From Desulfatiglandales bacterium (lineage in GTDB: Bacteria > Desulfobacterota > DSM-4660 > Desulfatiglandales > Desulfatiglandaceae), in NCBI GenBank assembly GCA_963662465.1, contig OY759599.1, positions 4,256,001 through 4,320,000 on the forward strand: a stretch of 64,000 nucleotides of DNA, written 5' to 3'. The number at the start of each line of letters is the position of its first letter. Within the stretch, counting starts at the first letter, position 1. This document shows, piece after piece, positions 1 through 9,218 of the stretch. Below the pieces are notes generated by a model, which was not told the origin of the DNA, did not search any database, and saw only the letters and a program-made list of their open reading frames with translations. The position numbers were made by a program, and so were the translations under genes.

Positions 1-597
1 ATGGCCGTAATTGGCATCCAGATTAAAACCGCGCGTCGAAACAACGCCGGGATGACCCTGTTTCCGATAGTAATTCTCCACCATGACGGCGAGGTCCAAT
101 TCGGTTTTGGCCACCGCCAAAAATTCAGGCATGTACTCATACATGTCATCCGCCATTTTGGCGGCTTCAAAAATCCGGGCAATTTCGTACTCGGACTTGA
201 TCATTCGAACTTCCCGAATCAGCTGCGAAATATCCACCAGCTCCGTATTCGAAAAAATCCGATGGTACAGAAAGTAGAGGTTTACCGGAAGAACATCCAT
301 CTCCAGGCCCATCCGCCGGGGAAAACCCGGTTTTCCTTTCCCGATCAAACGGGGGAGCGTAGAATAGCCTGAGAGGGGAACGATCTCTCGGATGGGAGAC
401 TCCAGAACGGCCCTTTCAAAGTCCTTCCTCACCATGAGCAACGGCGCTTCGGTTGAAGGCACAAAAAGATGCGCATCCTGCTTGGTTCCAGAAAGGTAAT
501 AAAGATCGGTTTTCTCCACCATCAAAGCCCCATCCAACCCTTGGGCCGAAAGGCGATCCTGGAATCGTTGAATCCGACCATAAATTTCATTTTCCAT
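1..597 (-). CDS. Xaa-Pro aminopeptidase / M24 family metallopeptidase (5' part; runs off the window)
   Basis: Manual minus-strand translation from ATG at 597: MENEIYGRIQRFQDRLSAQGLDGALMVEKTDLYYLSGTKQDAHLFVP..., a creatinase-N-like start; the frame continues toward the window edge. Not in the ORF track. Confidence 0.75.
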   Translation of the reverse strand, partial: MENEIYGRIQRFQDRLSAQGLDGALMVEKTDLYYLSGTKQDAHLFVPSTEAPLLMVRKDFERAVLESPIREIVPLSGYSTLPRLIGKGKPGFPRRMGLEMDVLPVNLYFLYHRIFSNTELVDISQLIREVRMIKSEYEIARIFEAAKMADDMYEYMPEFLAVAKTELDLAVMVENYYRKQGHPGVVSTRGFNLDANYGH

Positions 598-779
598 CAA
601 AAATTCAGTCATTGTCGAACCGTCCTTAATATAGTTTTCACGTTCATTAGCAGAGCGTTGACTTTTTGGCAACACTTGTATAGTCCTTATTTCATACTCG
701 CCATAGTGTTGACAAACGGAAAAAAAGGGGGATTGCCTGGATTCAGGAAGATCTCAATCTTTAAAAAAAGGTCCGGCAA

Positions 780-2960
780 ATGCTCACCCATCTCAAAGGC
801 CAAATCGAAAGAATCACCTATACCAACGAAGAGAACGGCTATAGTGTTGTCAAGCTCAAGGTTTACGGTCGGAAAGACCTTGTGAGCGTGGTGGGCAACA
901 TGATGGCGCCCACCCCCGGTGAAATCCTCGAACTCAAGGGGGAATGGGCCAACCATCCCAAATTCGGGGAGCAATTCAAGATCACGCACTACAAGACAAA
1001 GACGCCGGCCACGGTTTACGGCATCCAAAAATACCTGGGTTCCGGCCTGATCAAGGGCATCGGACCGGTCATGGCAAAGCGGATTGTCGCGAAATTCGGG
1101 GAATCCACCCTGGACCTTATCGAAACAAACGCCGAATGTCTGACAGCGGTGGAGGGCATCGGAAAAAAACGAATTGCCATGATCAAAGCGGCCTGGGAGG
1201 AACAAAAAGAGATCCGGGAAGTCATGCTGTTTCTTCAAACCCACGGGGTCAGTTCAGGCTACGCTACCAAAATATTCAAGCAATACGGCAACAAATCCAT
1301 TGAGATCGTTCAGGAAAACCCCTATCGTCTGGCCACGGATATCTTCGGCATCGGATTTATTACAGCGGATGGGATTGCCGAAAAACTGGGGTTTGACAAG
1401 GAATGCGAAGTCCGCGCGGAAGCAGGGATTCTCTATATTCTTCATCGGCTGGCAGACGATGGACATGTTTATTTCCCCTATGAACCTCTGGTTCAAAAAT
1501 GCCGGGAAATGCTTGAAATCAATCGAGATATTATCACCGGCGCCATCGGAACCAATGCCCTTAAAAGCAGGATCGTTCTTGAAGATTTAAACGAGGATTC
1601 CGAAACATTTCTAGCAAACAACAAGGCAGTTTTCCTCAAAAAGTTTCATGTGTCTGAAACCGGCATTGCCGCACGAATGAAAAAGCTCCTCAAAGCGCCC
1701 AAAGCCGTCAGGGCCATCGATGCGGAAAAAGCCGTATCCTGGGTTCAGGAACGACTGTCCATATCCCTGGCCGAAAATCAGATTGACGCCATCAAGAGAG
1801 CGGTACAAAATAAAATCCTGGTCATCACGGGAGGCCCCGGCACCGGTAAAACCACTCTCATCAACGCTATTTTAAAGATTTTTTCAATGCTGAAAATCCC
1901 CATGCAACTGGCCGCGCCCACCGGACGCGCCGCCAAGCGCATGTCTGAAGCCACGGGCCATGAGGCCAGGACTCTCCACCGACTCCTGGAATACAGCATG
2001 CAGAAGGGCGGCTTTCAAAAAGACCAGAAGCATCCCCTGCCCTGCGATCTCCTGATCGTGGATGAAGCCTCCATGATCGACACTATCCTTATGCATCATC
2101 TCCTGAAGGCCATCCCCCCCGGGGCCACCTTCATCCTGGTGGGCGACATTCACCAGCTTCCTTCCGTGGGCGCGGGAAATGTTCTGAAAGACATGATCGC
2201 AAGCGCCGCAATCCCCGTGGTAACCCTGGATAAAATCTTTCGACAGGCCAGGGAAAGCCGGATCATCGTCAATGCCCACCGAATCAATCAAGGAAAAATG
2301 CCGCTGCATCAAAGTACCGGGGAAAAAAGTGATTTCTTTTTCATTGAGAAGGAAGATCCTGAACAAGTGTTGAACATCATTCTTGAATTGGCGAAAAAAC
2401 GGGTGCCGGATCATTTCGGCTTCGATCCCGTGGACGACATACAAGTGTTGACGCCCATGCACCGGGGGGTAGTCGGCGCCGGAAATCTCAACCTGGAATT
2501 GCAGAACCGGCTAAACCCGGATGCCAGGGGAATCGAACGGGGCAATCGCGCCTTTCGGATCGGCGATAAGGTGATGCAGATCAAGAACAACTACGACAAG
2601 GAAGTTTTTAACGGCGACATGGGACGGATTATGGGTCTGGACGCTGAAGCCCGAGAAATCGTCATTTCCTTCGACGGCCGTGAGCTGCCCTATGATTTTA
2701 CGGATCTCGATGAGGTCATCCTGGCCTACGCGGTTTCCGTCCACAAATCCCAGGGGTCGGAATACCCGGCCGTCATTATCCCCATTCTCATTCAGCATTA
2801 TATGCTGTTGCAGCGCAACCTGATCTATACCGCTGTGACCCGGGGTAAAAAGCTGGTAATTCTGGTGGGAACCCGCAAGGCCCTGGCCATCGGCATCCAT
2901 AACGACAAGACGTTAAAACGTTACACCCTATTGGAAAAACGGCTAAAGTATCAGTTTTGA
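780..2960 (+). CDS. recD2: ATP-dependent RecD2-like DNA helicase
   Basis: N-terminal OB and HhH motifs (KGIGP, EGIGKK), Walker A GGPGTGKT, DEASM, AYAVSVHKSQGSEY, YTAVTRGK. Confidence 0.95.
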   Translation: MLTHLKGQIERITYTNEENGYSVVKLKVYGRKDLVSVVGNMMAPTPGEILELKGEWANHPKFGEQFKITHYKTKTPATVYGIQKYLGSGLIKGIGPVMAKRIVAKFGESTLDLIETNAECLTAVEGIGKKRIAMIKAAWEEQKEIREVMLFLQTHGVSSGYATKIFKQYGNKSIEIVQENPYRLATDIFGIGFITADGIAEKLGFDKECEVRAEAGILYILHRLADDGHVYFPYEPLVQKCREMLEINRDIITGAIGTNALKSRIVLEDLNEDSETFLANNKAVFLKKFHVSETGIAARMKKLLKAPKAVRAIDAEKAVSWVQERLSISLAENQIDAIKRAVQNKILVITGGPGTGKTTLINAILKIFSMLKIPMQLAAPTGRAAKRMSEATGHEARTLHRLLEYSMQKGGFQKDQKHPLPCDLLIVDEASMIDTILMHHLLKAIPPGATFILVGDIHQLPSVGAGNVLKDMIASAAIPVVTLDKIFRQARESRIIVNAHRINQGKMPLHQSTGEKSDFFFIEKEDPEQVLNIILELAKKRVPDHFGFDPVDDIQVLTPMHRGVVGAGNLNLELQNRLNPDARGIERGNRAFRIGDKVMQIKNNYDKEVFNGDMGRIMGLDAEAREIVISFDGRELPYDFTDLDEVILAYAVSVHKSQGSEYPAVIIPILIQHYMLLQRNLIYTAVTRGKKLVILVGTRKALAIGIHNDKTLKRYTLLEKRLKYQF

Positions 2961-2987
2961 GTTTTGAGTTTTAGGTTTTAGGTTTTA
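2953..2987 (+). repeat. Heptamer tandem repeat (R)GTTTT(R) x5 spanning the recD2 stop
   Basis: AGTTTTG AGTTTTG AGTTTTA GGTTTTA GGTTTTA. Confidence 0.85.
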
Positions 2988-3019
2988 AGAACATTACTTT
3001 GGACGTGTCACGTGTCACT

Positions 3020-4411
3020 TCAAAAAGCAATATTCCCAGGCGTCCTGGGAAAGGGAATCACATCCCGGATATTCGAAAGGCCCGTCACGAACTGGATCAA
3101 CCGCTCAAACCCCAGACCAAACCCCGCATGGGGAACCGATCCGAACTTCCGGAGTTCCAGATACCACCAATAGTCCTCCGGGTTGAAACCCATGTCGACA
3201 ATGCGTGAATACAGTACATCATGGTCATCTTCACGCTGGCTGCCGCCAATGATCTCGCCAATCTTGGGAACCAGCACATCCATGGCCCGGACCGTCTTTC
3301 CATCCGCATTCATTTTCATATAAAAGGCCTTGATGTCCTTGGGATAATCCACCAGCACCACAGGACCTTTAAAAACCTTCTCACATAGATACCGCTCGTG
3401 TTCGGACTGAATATCACTCCCCCATGTGACGGGAAACTCAAACTTCACCTTGGCCTTTTCAATGAGTTTGATCCCTTCCGTATAGGTAATGGTCGTAAAA
3501 TCCCGGCTCACGAGGCTTTCAAGGGTTTGGATCACCGATTTATCGACAAATCGATTAAAAAACGCCATATCCTCGGAACAATGCTCAAGAATATACGCAA
3601 AAACATGCTTCAGAAATGCCACGGCCAGCGCCACATCCCCTTCCAGATCGCAAAAGGCCATCTCCGGCTCCACCATCCAGAACTCAGCGAGATGACGTGA
3701 GGTATTGGAGTTTTCAGCCCTGAATGTGGGGCCGAACGTATATACATCGCCCATGGCCAGGGCATAGATTTCCGCCTCCAATTGCCCACTCACCGTCAGA
3801 TGTGCCGGACCGCCGAAAAAATCCTTGGTGTAATCCGCCCGTCCATCCCGGATAGGAATCTCGGTCGGTTCCAGGGTCGTCACCCGGAACATCTCGCCGG
3901 CCCCCTCGCAGTCGCTCCCCGTCAAAATGGGCGTATGCACATACAAAAACCCCTTCTCCTGAAAAAAACCATGTATGGCGGCGGCAGCGGCATTTCGAAC
4001 TCTGGCCACGGCGCCAAAGGTATTGGTCCGGGGTCTCAAATGAGAGATGGTCCTCAGGAATTCAAAGGAGTGCCGTTTTTTCTGCAAAGGATAAACTTCC
4101 GGATCAGCCCAACCCACCACTCGGAGTTCATTGGCCTTAAGCTCCACCGCCTGGCCTTTTCCCTGGGAAGCAGCCAGTATGCCGGTGGCCATGATGGAAC
4201 AACCGGTCTGCAATTTAAGCACATCATTTTGGTAATTGGGCAGATCCTGATCCGCGATAATCTGCAGGCCCGACAGACATGATCCATCGTTTATCTCAAT
4301 AAAGGAAAATCCTCCCTTTGAGTCCCTGCGGGTCCTGACCCATCCGGCCACCGTAATCATTGCGCCAATTTCTTCCGCTCTCAAAATTTCAGAAATTCTC
4401 GTTCTTTGCAA
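3020..4411 (-). CDS. asnS: Asparagine--tRNA ligase
   Basis: [62 protein letters not shown] start. Confidence 0.97.
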   Translation of the reverse strand: MQRTRISEILRAEEIGAMITVAGWVRTRRDSKGGFSFIEINDGSCLSGLQIIADQDLPNYQNDVLKLQTGCSIMATGILAASQGKGQAVELKANELRVVGWADPEVYPLQKKRHSFEFLRTISHLRPRTNTFGAVARVRNAAAAAIHGFFQEKGFLYVHTPILTGSDCEGAGEMFRVTTLEPTEIPIRDGRADYTKDFFGGPAHLTVSGQLEAEIYALAMGDVYTFGPTFRAENSNTSRHLAEFWMVEPEMAFCDLEGDVALAVAFLKHVFAYILEHCSEDMAFFNRFVDKSVIQTLESLVSRDFTTITYTEGIKLIEKAKVKFEFPVTWGSDIQSEHERYLCEKVFKGPVVLVDYPKDIKAFYMKMNADGKTVRAMDVLVPKIGEIIGGSQREDDHDVLYSRIVDMGFNPEDYWWYLELRKFGSVPHAGFGLGFERLIQFVTGLSNIRDVIPFPRTPGNIAF

Positions 4412-4426
4412 AACCGATCACCTTTT

Positions 4427-4529
4427 TTAGGTATTAGCTATTAGCTGTTAGGTATTAGCTGTTAGGCAAACGAACCGATCGACTTCCGATGTTCGAAACC
4501 TAACAACTAACGGCTAACCGCTAACAGCT
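4427..4529. repeat. Inverted pair of heptamer arrays (TTAGCTG-like / CTAACAG-like) able to form a long hairpin between serC and asnS
   Basis: ttaggtattagctattagctgttaggtattagctgttagg ... cctaacaactaacggctaaccgctaacagct. Confidence 0.8.
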
Positions 4530-4535
4530 TCCCCC

Positions 4536-5621
4536 CTAACCTTCTTTCTTTTCAAACTCGACCATGAATGCCACCAGCGCTTTTACCGCATCGATCCCGC
4601 TGGCATTGTAAATGGAAGCCCTGCAACCACCCACGGAACGGTGTCCTTTCAAACCGCCGAGACCTTCCTTCAGCGCATCCGCCACGAATTTCTTTTCCAA
4701 ATCTTCGCTGGGGAGCCTGAAGGTCACATTCATCAGAGAACGACTCTCTTTTTCCGCAGTGCCTTTGTAAAAGCCGGATTGATCAATAAAATCATAGAGC
4801 AGCGCCCCTTTTTCCCGGTTTATCCCCGCCATCTTTTCAAGACCGCCGATGGTCTCCTCAAGCCATTTCAGGACCAGGCTGACCGTATAAACGACGATAC
4901 AGGAAGGGGTATTATACATGGAATTTTTTTCGGAAAAGGTAGTGTACTTCAACATGCTGGGCAGGTTATCGGGCGTCCTTTCAAGCATATCTTTTCGGAT
5001 AATCACCATGGCCGTACCGGATGGCCCAATGTTTTTCTGAGTGCCCGCATAAATCAGTCCGAAGGGTTTCGCATCAAAGGAACGACTCATAATGTCGGAA
5101 CTCATATCGCAAACCAGCGGCGTGTCGCCGGCTTCCGGAAATTTTGCCCATTGGGTCCCCTTAATGGTGTTGTTGCTTGTAAAGTGAAGATAAGCGGCAT
5201 CCTTGCTGACCTGATACCCTTTTGGAATATAGGAAAACCCCTTGTCTTCGGAAGAAGCGATAACCTTTACATCCTTGCCCTGGATTTGGGCCTCTTTGAT
5301 CGCCTTGGTTGACCATGTTCCCGTATTGATATAATCCACCGGACGATCCCCGGCCCCCAGGTTCATGGGAATCATGCAAAACTGCAGGCTGGCGCCCCCC
5401 TGGATAAACAGAACCTCAAAATCGTCCCCAAGATTTAACAGCCGCTTGGTTCTCAAAACAGCCTCATTAATAACATCATCAAACCACTTGGAACGGTGAC
5501 TGACCTCCATGATGGACATGCCGGATCCTTTAAAATCCAGCAGTTCCGCCTGTATCTCTTCCAAGACCGGCAACGGTAAAGCGGCAGGGCCCGCATTAAA
5601 ATTATAAATTCTTTCTCCCAT
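4536..5621 (-). CDS. serC: Phosphoserine aminotransferase
   Basis: YNFNAGPAALP, SIMEVSHRS, DMSS, YAGTQKNIGPSG (PLP lysine), GHRSVGGCRASIYNA. Confidence 0.96.
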   Translation of the reverse strand: MGERIYNFNAGPAALPLPVLEEIQAELLDFKGSGMSIMEVSHRSKWFDDVINEAVLRTKRLLNLGDDFEVLFIQGGASLQFCMIPMNLGAGDRPVDYINTGTWSTKAIKEAQIQGKDVKVIASSEDKGFSYIPKGYQVSKDAAYLHFTSNNTIKGTQWAKFPEAGDTPLVCDMSSDIMSRSFDAKPFGLIYAGTQKNIGPSGTAMVIIRKDMLERTPDNLPSMLKYTTFSEKNSMYNTPSCIVVYTVSLVLKWLEETIGGLEKMAGINREKGALLYDFIDQSGFYKGTAEKESRSLMNVTFRLPSEDLEKKFVADALKEGLGGLKGHRSVGGCRASIYNASGIDAVKALVAFMVEFEKKEG

Positions 5622-5634
5622 GGTTCATTCTCCT

Positions 5635-6396
5635 TTAATCTTTCAATTTCGTGAGCATTGCACTGACTTCCCTCAGGGTGTCCAAGTCCTTTTCAAACGG
5701 GGGACGACCATCGCGATCAGCGTCGATAATTTCCTGCCGGTAAGGCATAAACCCTATGAATGAAAAATCCGACATTTCTTTCAGCAGATAATCTTTATCC
5801 TTGTCGGATCGCAGCTTGTTTCCCACAAAACTCAACTTCTTTATCCCGATATCATCCGCCAAACGGCGAATTTGATAAGCCGTTTCAATGCTTCGTCTTC
5901 CCGGCTCAACCACCACAATGAGCCGATCCACATACATGGCCGTTCCTCTGCCCAGATGCTCAAGGCCTGCCTCCATATCCAGAACAACCGCCTCATCCCT
6001 GGCCAACACCACATGAGAAACAAGTCTTTTCAGCAAAACACTCTCAGGGCATACGCATCCGCCGCCCCCTTTTTTCACCCCACCCATGACCATCACCTTG
6101 ACCCCATTCACGGTTACGGACAATTTTTCAGGCAGGTCATTCACCTTCGGATTTAATTTGAAAAAAGAACCCATGGAACCGATTTTGGCTTCGGTCCGTT
6201 CCTCTATCAGCGTTTTCATCTCTGAGATTGGCACAATCTCATCGCTATTCTTGACGCCCAGGGCCTGCGCCAGGTTTGCATCAGGGTCCGCATCAATGGC
6301 CAGGACCTTTTTTCCCTCATTCGCCAGCGCTCTTATTAAAAATGCGGCAAAGGTCGTTTTGCCAACGCCTCCTTTTCCGCTTACGGCAATTTTCAT
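5635..6396 (-). CDS. cooC: CooC/AcsF-type Ni-insertion ATPase (CO dehydrogenase / acetyl-CoA synthase maturation)
   Basis: Start re-placed at MKIAVSGKGGVGKTT; IDADPDANL, GGGCVCP metal-binding motif, DMEAGLEHLGRGT. Confidence 0.9.
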   Translation of the reverse strand: MKIAVSGKGGVGKTTFAAFLIRALANEGKKVLAIDADPDANLAQALGVKNSDEIVPISEMKTLIEERTEAKIGSMGSFFKLNPKVNDLPEKLSVTVNGVKVMVMGGVKKGGGGCVCPESVLLKRLVSHVVLARDEAVVLDMEAGLEHLGRGTAMYVDRLIVVVEPGRRSIETAYQIRRLADDIGIKKLSFVGNKLRSDKDKDYLLKEMSDFSFIGFMPYRQEIIDADRDGRPPFEKDLDTLREVSAMLTKLKD

Positions 6397-6552
6397 GTTT
6401 GGCACCCTCTTATTGGATAAAAAAAACAGCCTCAGCAAACTACCCCATCGACCAAGGGCTTGCAAGGACAAAATTTCGACAAAAAAAAGCCCTTACTGAA
6501 AGGGAACAATCCAATAAGAGCCCGGGGAGATGCTACCCATTTTTTTTGAGGA

Positions 6553-6819
6553 TTAAACAGCCTCCTTCAAAGCCTTTCCCGCCACAAATTTCGGAACCGT
6601 TTTTGCCGCAATATCAATAGCCTCTCCAGTTTGGGGGTTAATACCCTTCCTCGCCTTCCGTTCTTCCACCTTAAAAGTCCCAAATCCGATGATCGTGACC
6701 TTATCTTTACGCTTCAAAGCGTCGGTGATGCTTGAAAAAACGCAATCCACAGCAGCCTGCGCTTCTTTTCTGGTACTCACAACTTTCGCCACCTCATTCA
6801 GCAAATCACCTTTATTCAT
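6553..6819 (-). CDS. hup: HU family DNA-binding protein
   Basis: MNKGDL..., GFGTFKV, RKGINPQTGE, PKFVAGKALKEAV. Confidence 0.93.
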   Translation of the reverse strand: MNKGDLLNEVAKVVSTRKEAQAAVDCVFSSITDALKRKDKVTIIGFGTFKVEERKARKGINPQTGEAIDIAAKTVPKFVAGKALKEAV

Positions 6820-7024
6820 TATCTTCCCTCCTCGCTAAAAAATGTTGACGTAAAAAACCGGTCAAGAAAGCCGGAATTTGAACAACCCCCTCCCCGCAAA
6901 GAACGCTAAGCGCAAAAATACAAATTACCCAACATTTTTGCCGTCAAGGCCCTTGCAAACCACCCCGCCGGAATGCGTATGGAACATATCCCATACCCTT
7001 CCTTTTGTCAAGAATGTATATAAG

Positions 7025-8080
7025 TTAAAGAAAATCATCGCATTGGGTGCGCAGCCCGGCCAACAGGTTCATGGCGAATCGTGCATCAACCGAGGCCATC
7101 GACCCCATGCCGCAAGACGGCGTAAGAATAGACCTTTCCGCAACAGCCTTCGCACTTAACCCTGTTTTCAGTATCTTCCGGCACCCCTCTTTGAGCTTTT
7201 CCAAGAGATCCGTCGCGGATTCATCCCCCGTAAACCCACTGGTGGGCACAATACCCCATGCAATAGAACCCCCTTCCCTAATAAATTCAGCAATTTCATC
7301 AGGATACAAAAGGAAATGGTCCATAAATTCAAATGCATCAAAATTGATAATATCGGGTCCGGCCTCCATAATCATGGACCAATCCGTGTTTCCACAACAA
7401 TGAATCCCCACCAGACAATCGGCATTCTCTTTAAGATAAGAGAACATCATTTTGAGCATATCCACCACATCGTGGCGCTGGATTACGGAAAAAGCCGATC
7501 CAAAACCGGACAGCGACGGCTCGTCCAAAAAAATAACCGGCCGTCTCCCTGATTTTTCAAGCATCCTCACCTGCCAGAGGGCTTTAATGGCCAACCCCCT
7601 GACCATGGCCTCGGACAACTCAGGATCATGAATAATAGGCTTTCCATCAAACCCCAGGATTCCCGACATGAAGGTAACGGGCCCCACGGTCTGCCCCTTA
7701 ACATAAAGCCCTTGATCCGAATCACTTTCACCTAAAAACGACATGAGGGCATAAAGTCCCGGAGCATAGGTCTCGCTGATGGCAAAAGACGCAATGTCCC
7801 CGGAAAAAAACCGCTCATAAAACGCCACCAGCTCGGGTTCCCTTTCGCGAGCATTGGAAATTGAAAGTGTTCGCTTTTCTTCGTTCACTTCCAAAAGCGG
7901 AAGACCTTCGCTATATTGAACGCTCATATCCTCAAAATAGCACCGTTTTGCAAACTGCGGCCAGAAGGGCATTTGCGGAAAAAGCCCTATGATTTCCTCA
8001 CAGGTCTCTTCCACCTCCAAAAACGGAACACTTCCGATACCGGTTGCCATAAATCCAAAATTCGGCGATTTTTCAGCCAT
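7025..8080 (-). CDS. Core (single-barrel) cobalamin-independent methionine synthase, MesB-like
   Basis: 351 aa; TGIGSVP, PFWPQ, KGQTVGPVT, FLDEP, Zn ligands GIHCCG and TPSCG; no N-terminal folate-binding barrel. Confidence 0.75.
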   Translation of the reverse strand: MAEKSPNFGFMATGIGSVPFLEVEETCEEIIGLFPQMPFWPQFAKRCYFEDMSVQYSEGLPLLEVNEEKRTLSISNAREREPELVAFYERFFSGDIASFAISETYAPGLYALMSFLGESDSDQGLYVKGQTVGPVTFMSGILGFDGKPIIHDPELSEAMVRGLAIKALWQVRMLEKSGRRPVIFLDEPSLSGFGSAFSVIQRHDVVDMLKMMFSYLKENADCLVGIHCCGNTDWSMIMEAGPDIINFDAFEFMDHFLLYPDEIAEFIREGGSIAWGIVPTSGFTGDESATDLLEKLKEGCRKILKTGLSAKAVAERSILTPSCGMGSMASVDARFAMNLLAGLRTQCDDFL

Positions 8081-8813
8081 TTTTTATCTCCCCCATCATG
8101 GGAAGCCATTTTTCCAGGATCGTTAGCATTTTTTCTTCCAGCGCACGAAGGTTAGTGGATTCTGCCGTCACTCTTGAAAGGCGGGCTTCCTGTTCGGTTT
8201 TCAATTGGGACAGTCTCTCAAAGGAAGCGATGTCATCCGGATGCTCTTCGAGGACTTTCTCATAGGTGGCGAGAGCAGCATCCAGCTGCCCCTGGCTGAA
8301 ATAAAGCTCGGCGATGGTAGGCGTGGCAAAGTCTATCAGAGCGCCCGCTTCGTCATCCAGCAAAACAGGCCATGCAGGGTCCTGCGCCTCCCCTTTCCCC
8401 TTTGCCGCATCCCTCGCTTGCTCAACTTTTTTCAGAAGTTCACGGAATTCAAGATCATCCGGGTAGTATGCCAGAAACACCCCGGCCGCATCAGCCGCCT
8501 CTTCAAATCGCTTCTGCGCCGCATACATCCCGGCAAGCCGGGCATAGGCGGGCGTCAGGTCTTTAATCATGGATGTCACCTTCAGGAATTCGGCTTCAGC
8601 CTGTCCCTGCAAACCCATCTCAAAATAACACTCCGCCAGCAACATCCTCAAATAGATATCATCCGGAAAATCCCTCAAGAACTTCATGCACCCTTTAACC
8701 GCCTCATTGGCGCGGCCTTCATCCTTGATCCGCGTCAAAATAATGCGTACGGTGGTCTGAGAAGGCCCGGATCTCAAAATCTCATCATATAACTTAGAAT
8801 TATCGCTCATCAT
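8073..8813 (-). CDS. Tetratricopeptide repeat protein
   Basis: TPR-like helices (LLAECYFEMG, ATPTIAELYFSQGQLDAALATYEKVL). Confidence 0.8.
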   Translation of the reverse strand: MMSDNSKLYDEILRSGPSQTTVRIILTRIKDEGRANEAVKGCMKFLRDFPDDIYLRMLLAECYFEMGLQGQAEAEFLKVTSMIKDLTPAYARLAGMYAAQKRFEEAADAAGVFLAYYPDDLEFRELLKKVEQARDAAKGKGEAQDPAWPVLLDDEAGALIDFATPTIAELYFSQGQLDAALATYEKVLEEHPDDIASFERLSQLKTEQEARLSRVTAESTNLRALEEKMLTILEKWLPMMGEIKNG

Positions 8814-8831
8814 TATGGTCCCGCGTGCCCC

Positions 8832-9188
8832 CTATTCCAATTCGGCCTTATGAACAGACGCATCCTTCACAAAACGATAAATGACCTCATTTTTTCGAAT
8901 TAGATTGAGTTCAGTTCTGGCAACTGTTTCAACATACGTCATATCCGTACGAAGACGATGCGCCTCGTCCAAAAGCGACTGATTTTCAGCCACAAGCTTC
9001 CCGATGCGGTCCAGACAAGCCCGCCGCTCCACTTCAGTCCGGCAAAGACGAACCATCCCCCCCTCGCCGCACCAGATCCAAGCCGCAACCGGAACAACAA
9101 GACACAGCAGGATTAAAGGAATTTTCAGAAATTTCTTTAATTTTGGACCCAAGCTGAAACATCTCCCGGTCAAAAAAAGTCCAACCAT
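8832..9188 (-). CDS. Septum formation initiator FtsB/DivIC family protein
   Basis: TM segment, GEGG, coiled coil, YVETVARTELNLIRKNEVIYRF. Confidence 0.8.
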   Translation of the reverse strand: MVGLFLTGRCFSLGPKLKKFLKIPLILLCLVVPVAAWIWCGEGGMVRLCRTEVERRACLDRIGKLVAENQSLLDEAHRLRTDMTYVETVARTELNLIRKNEVIYRFVKDASVHKAELE

Positions 9189-9218
9189 TAAAATAGATTC
9201 ATGAGCAGGAACACCATA

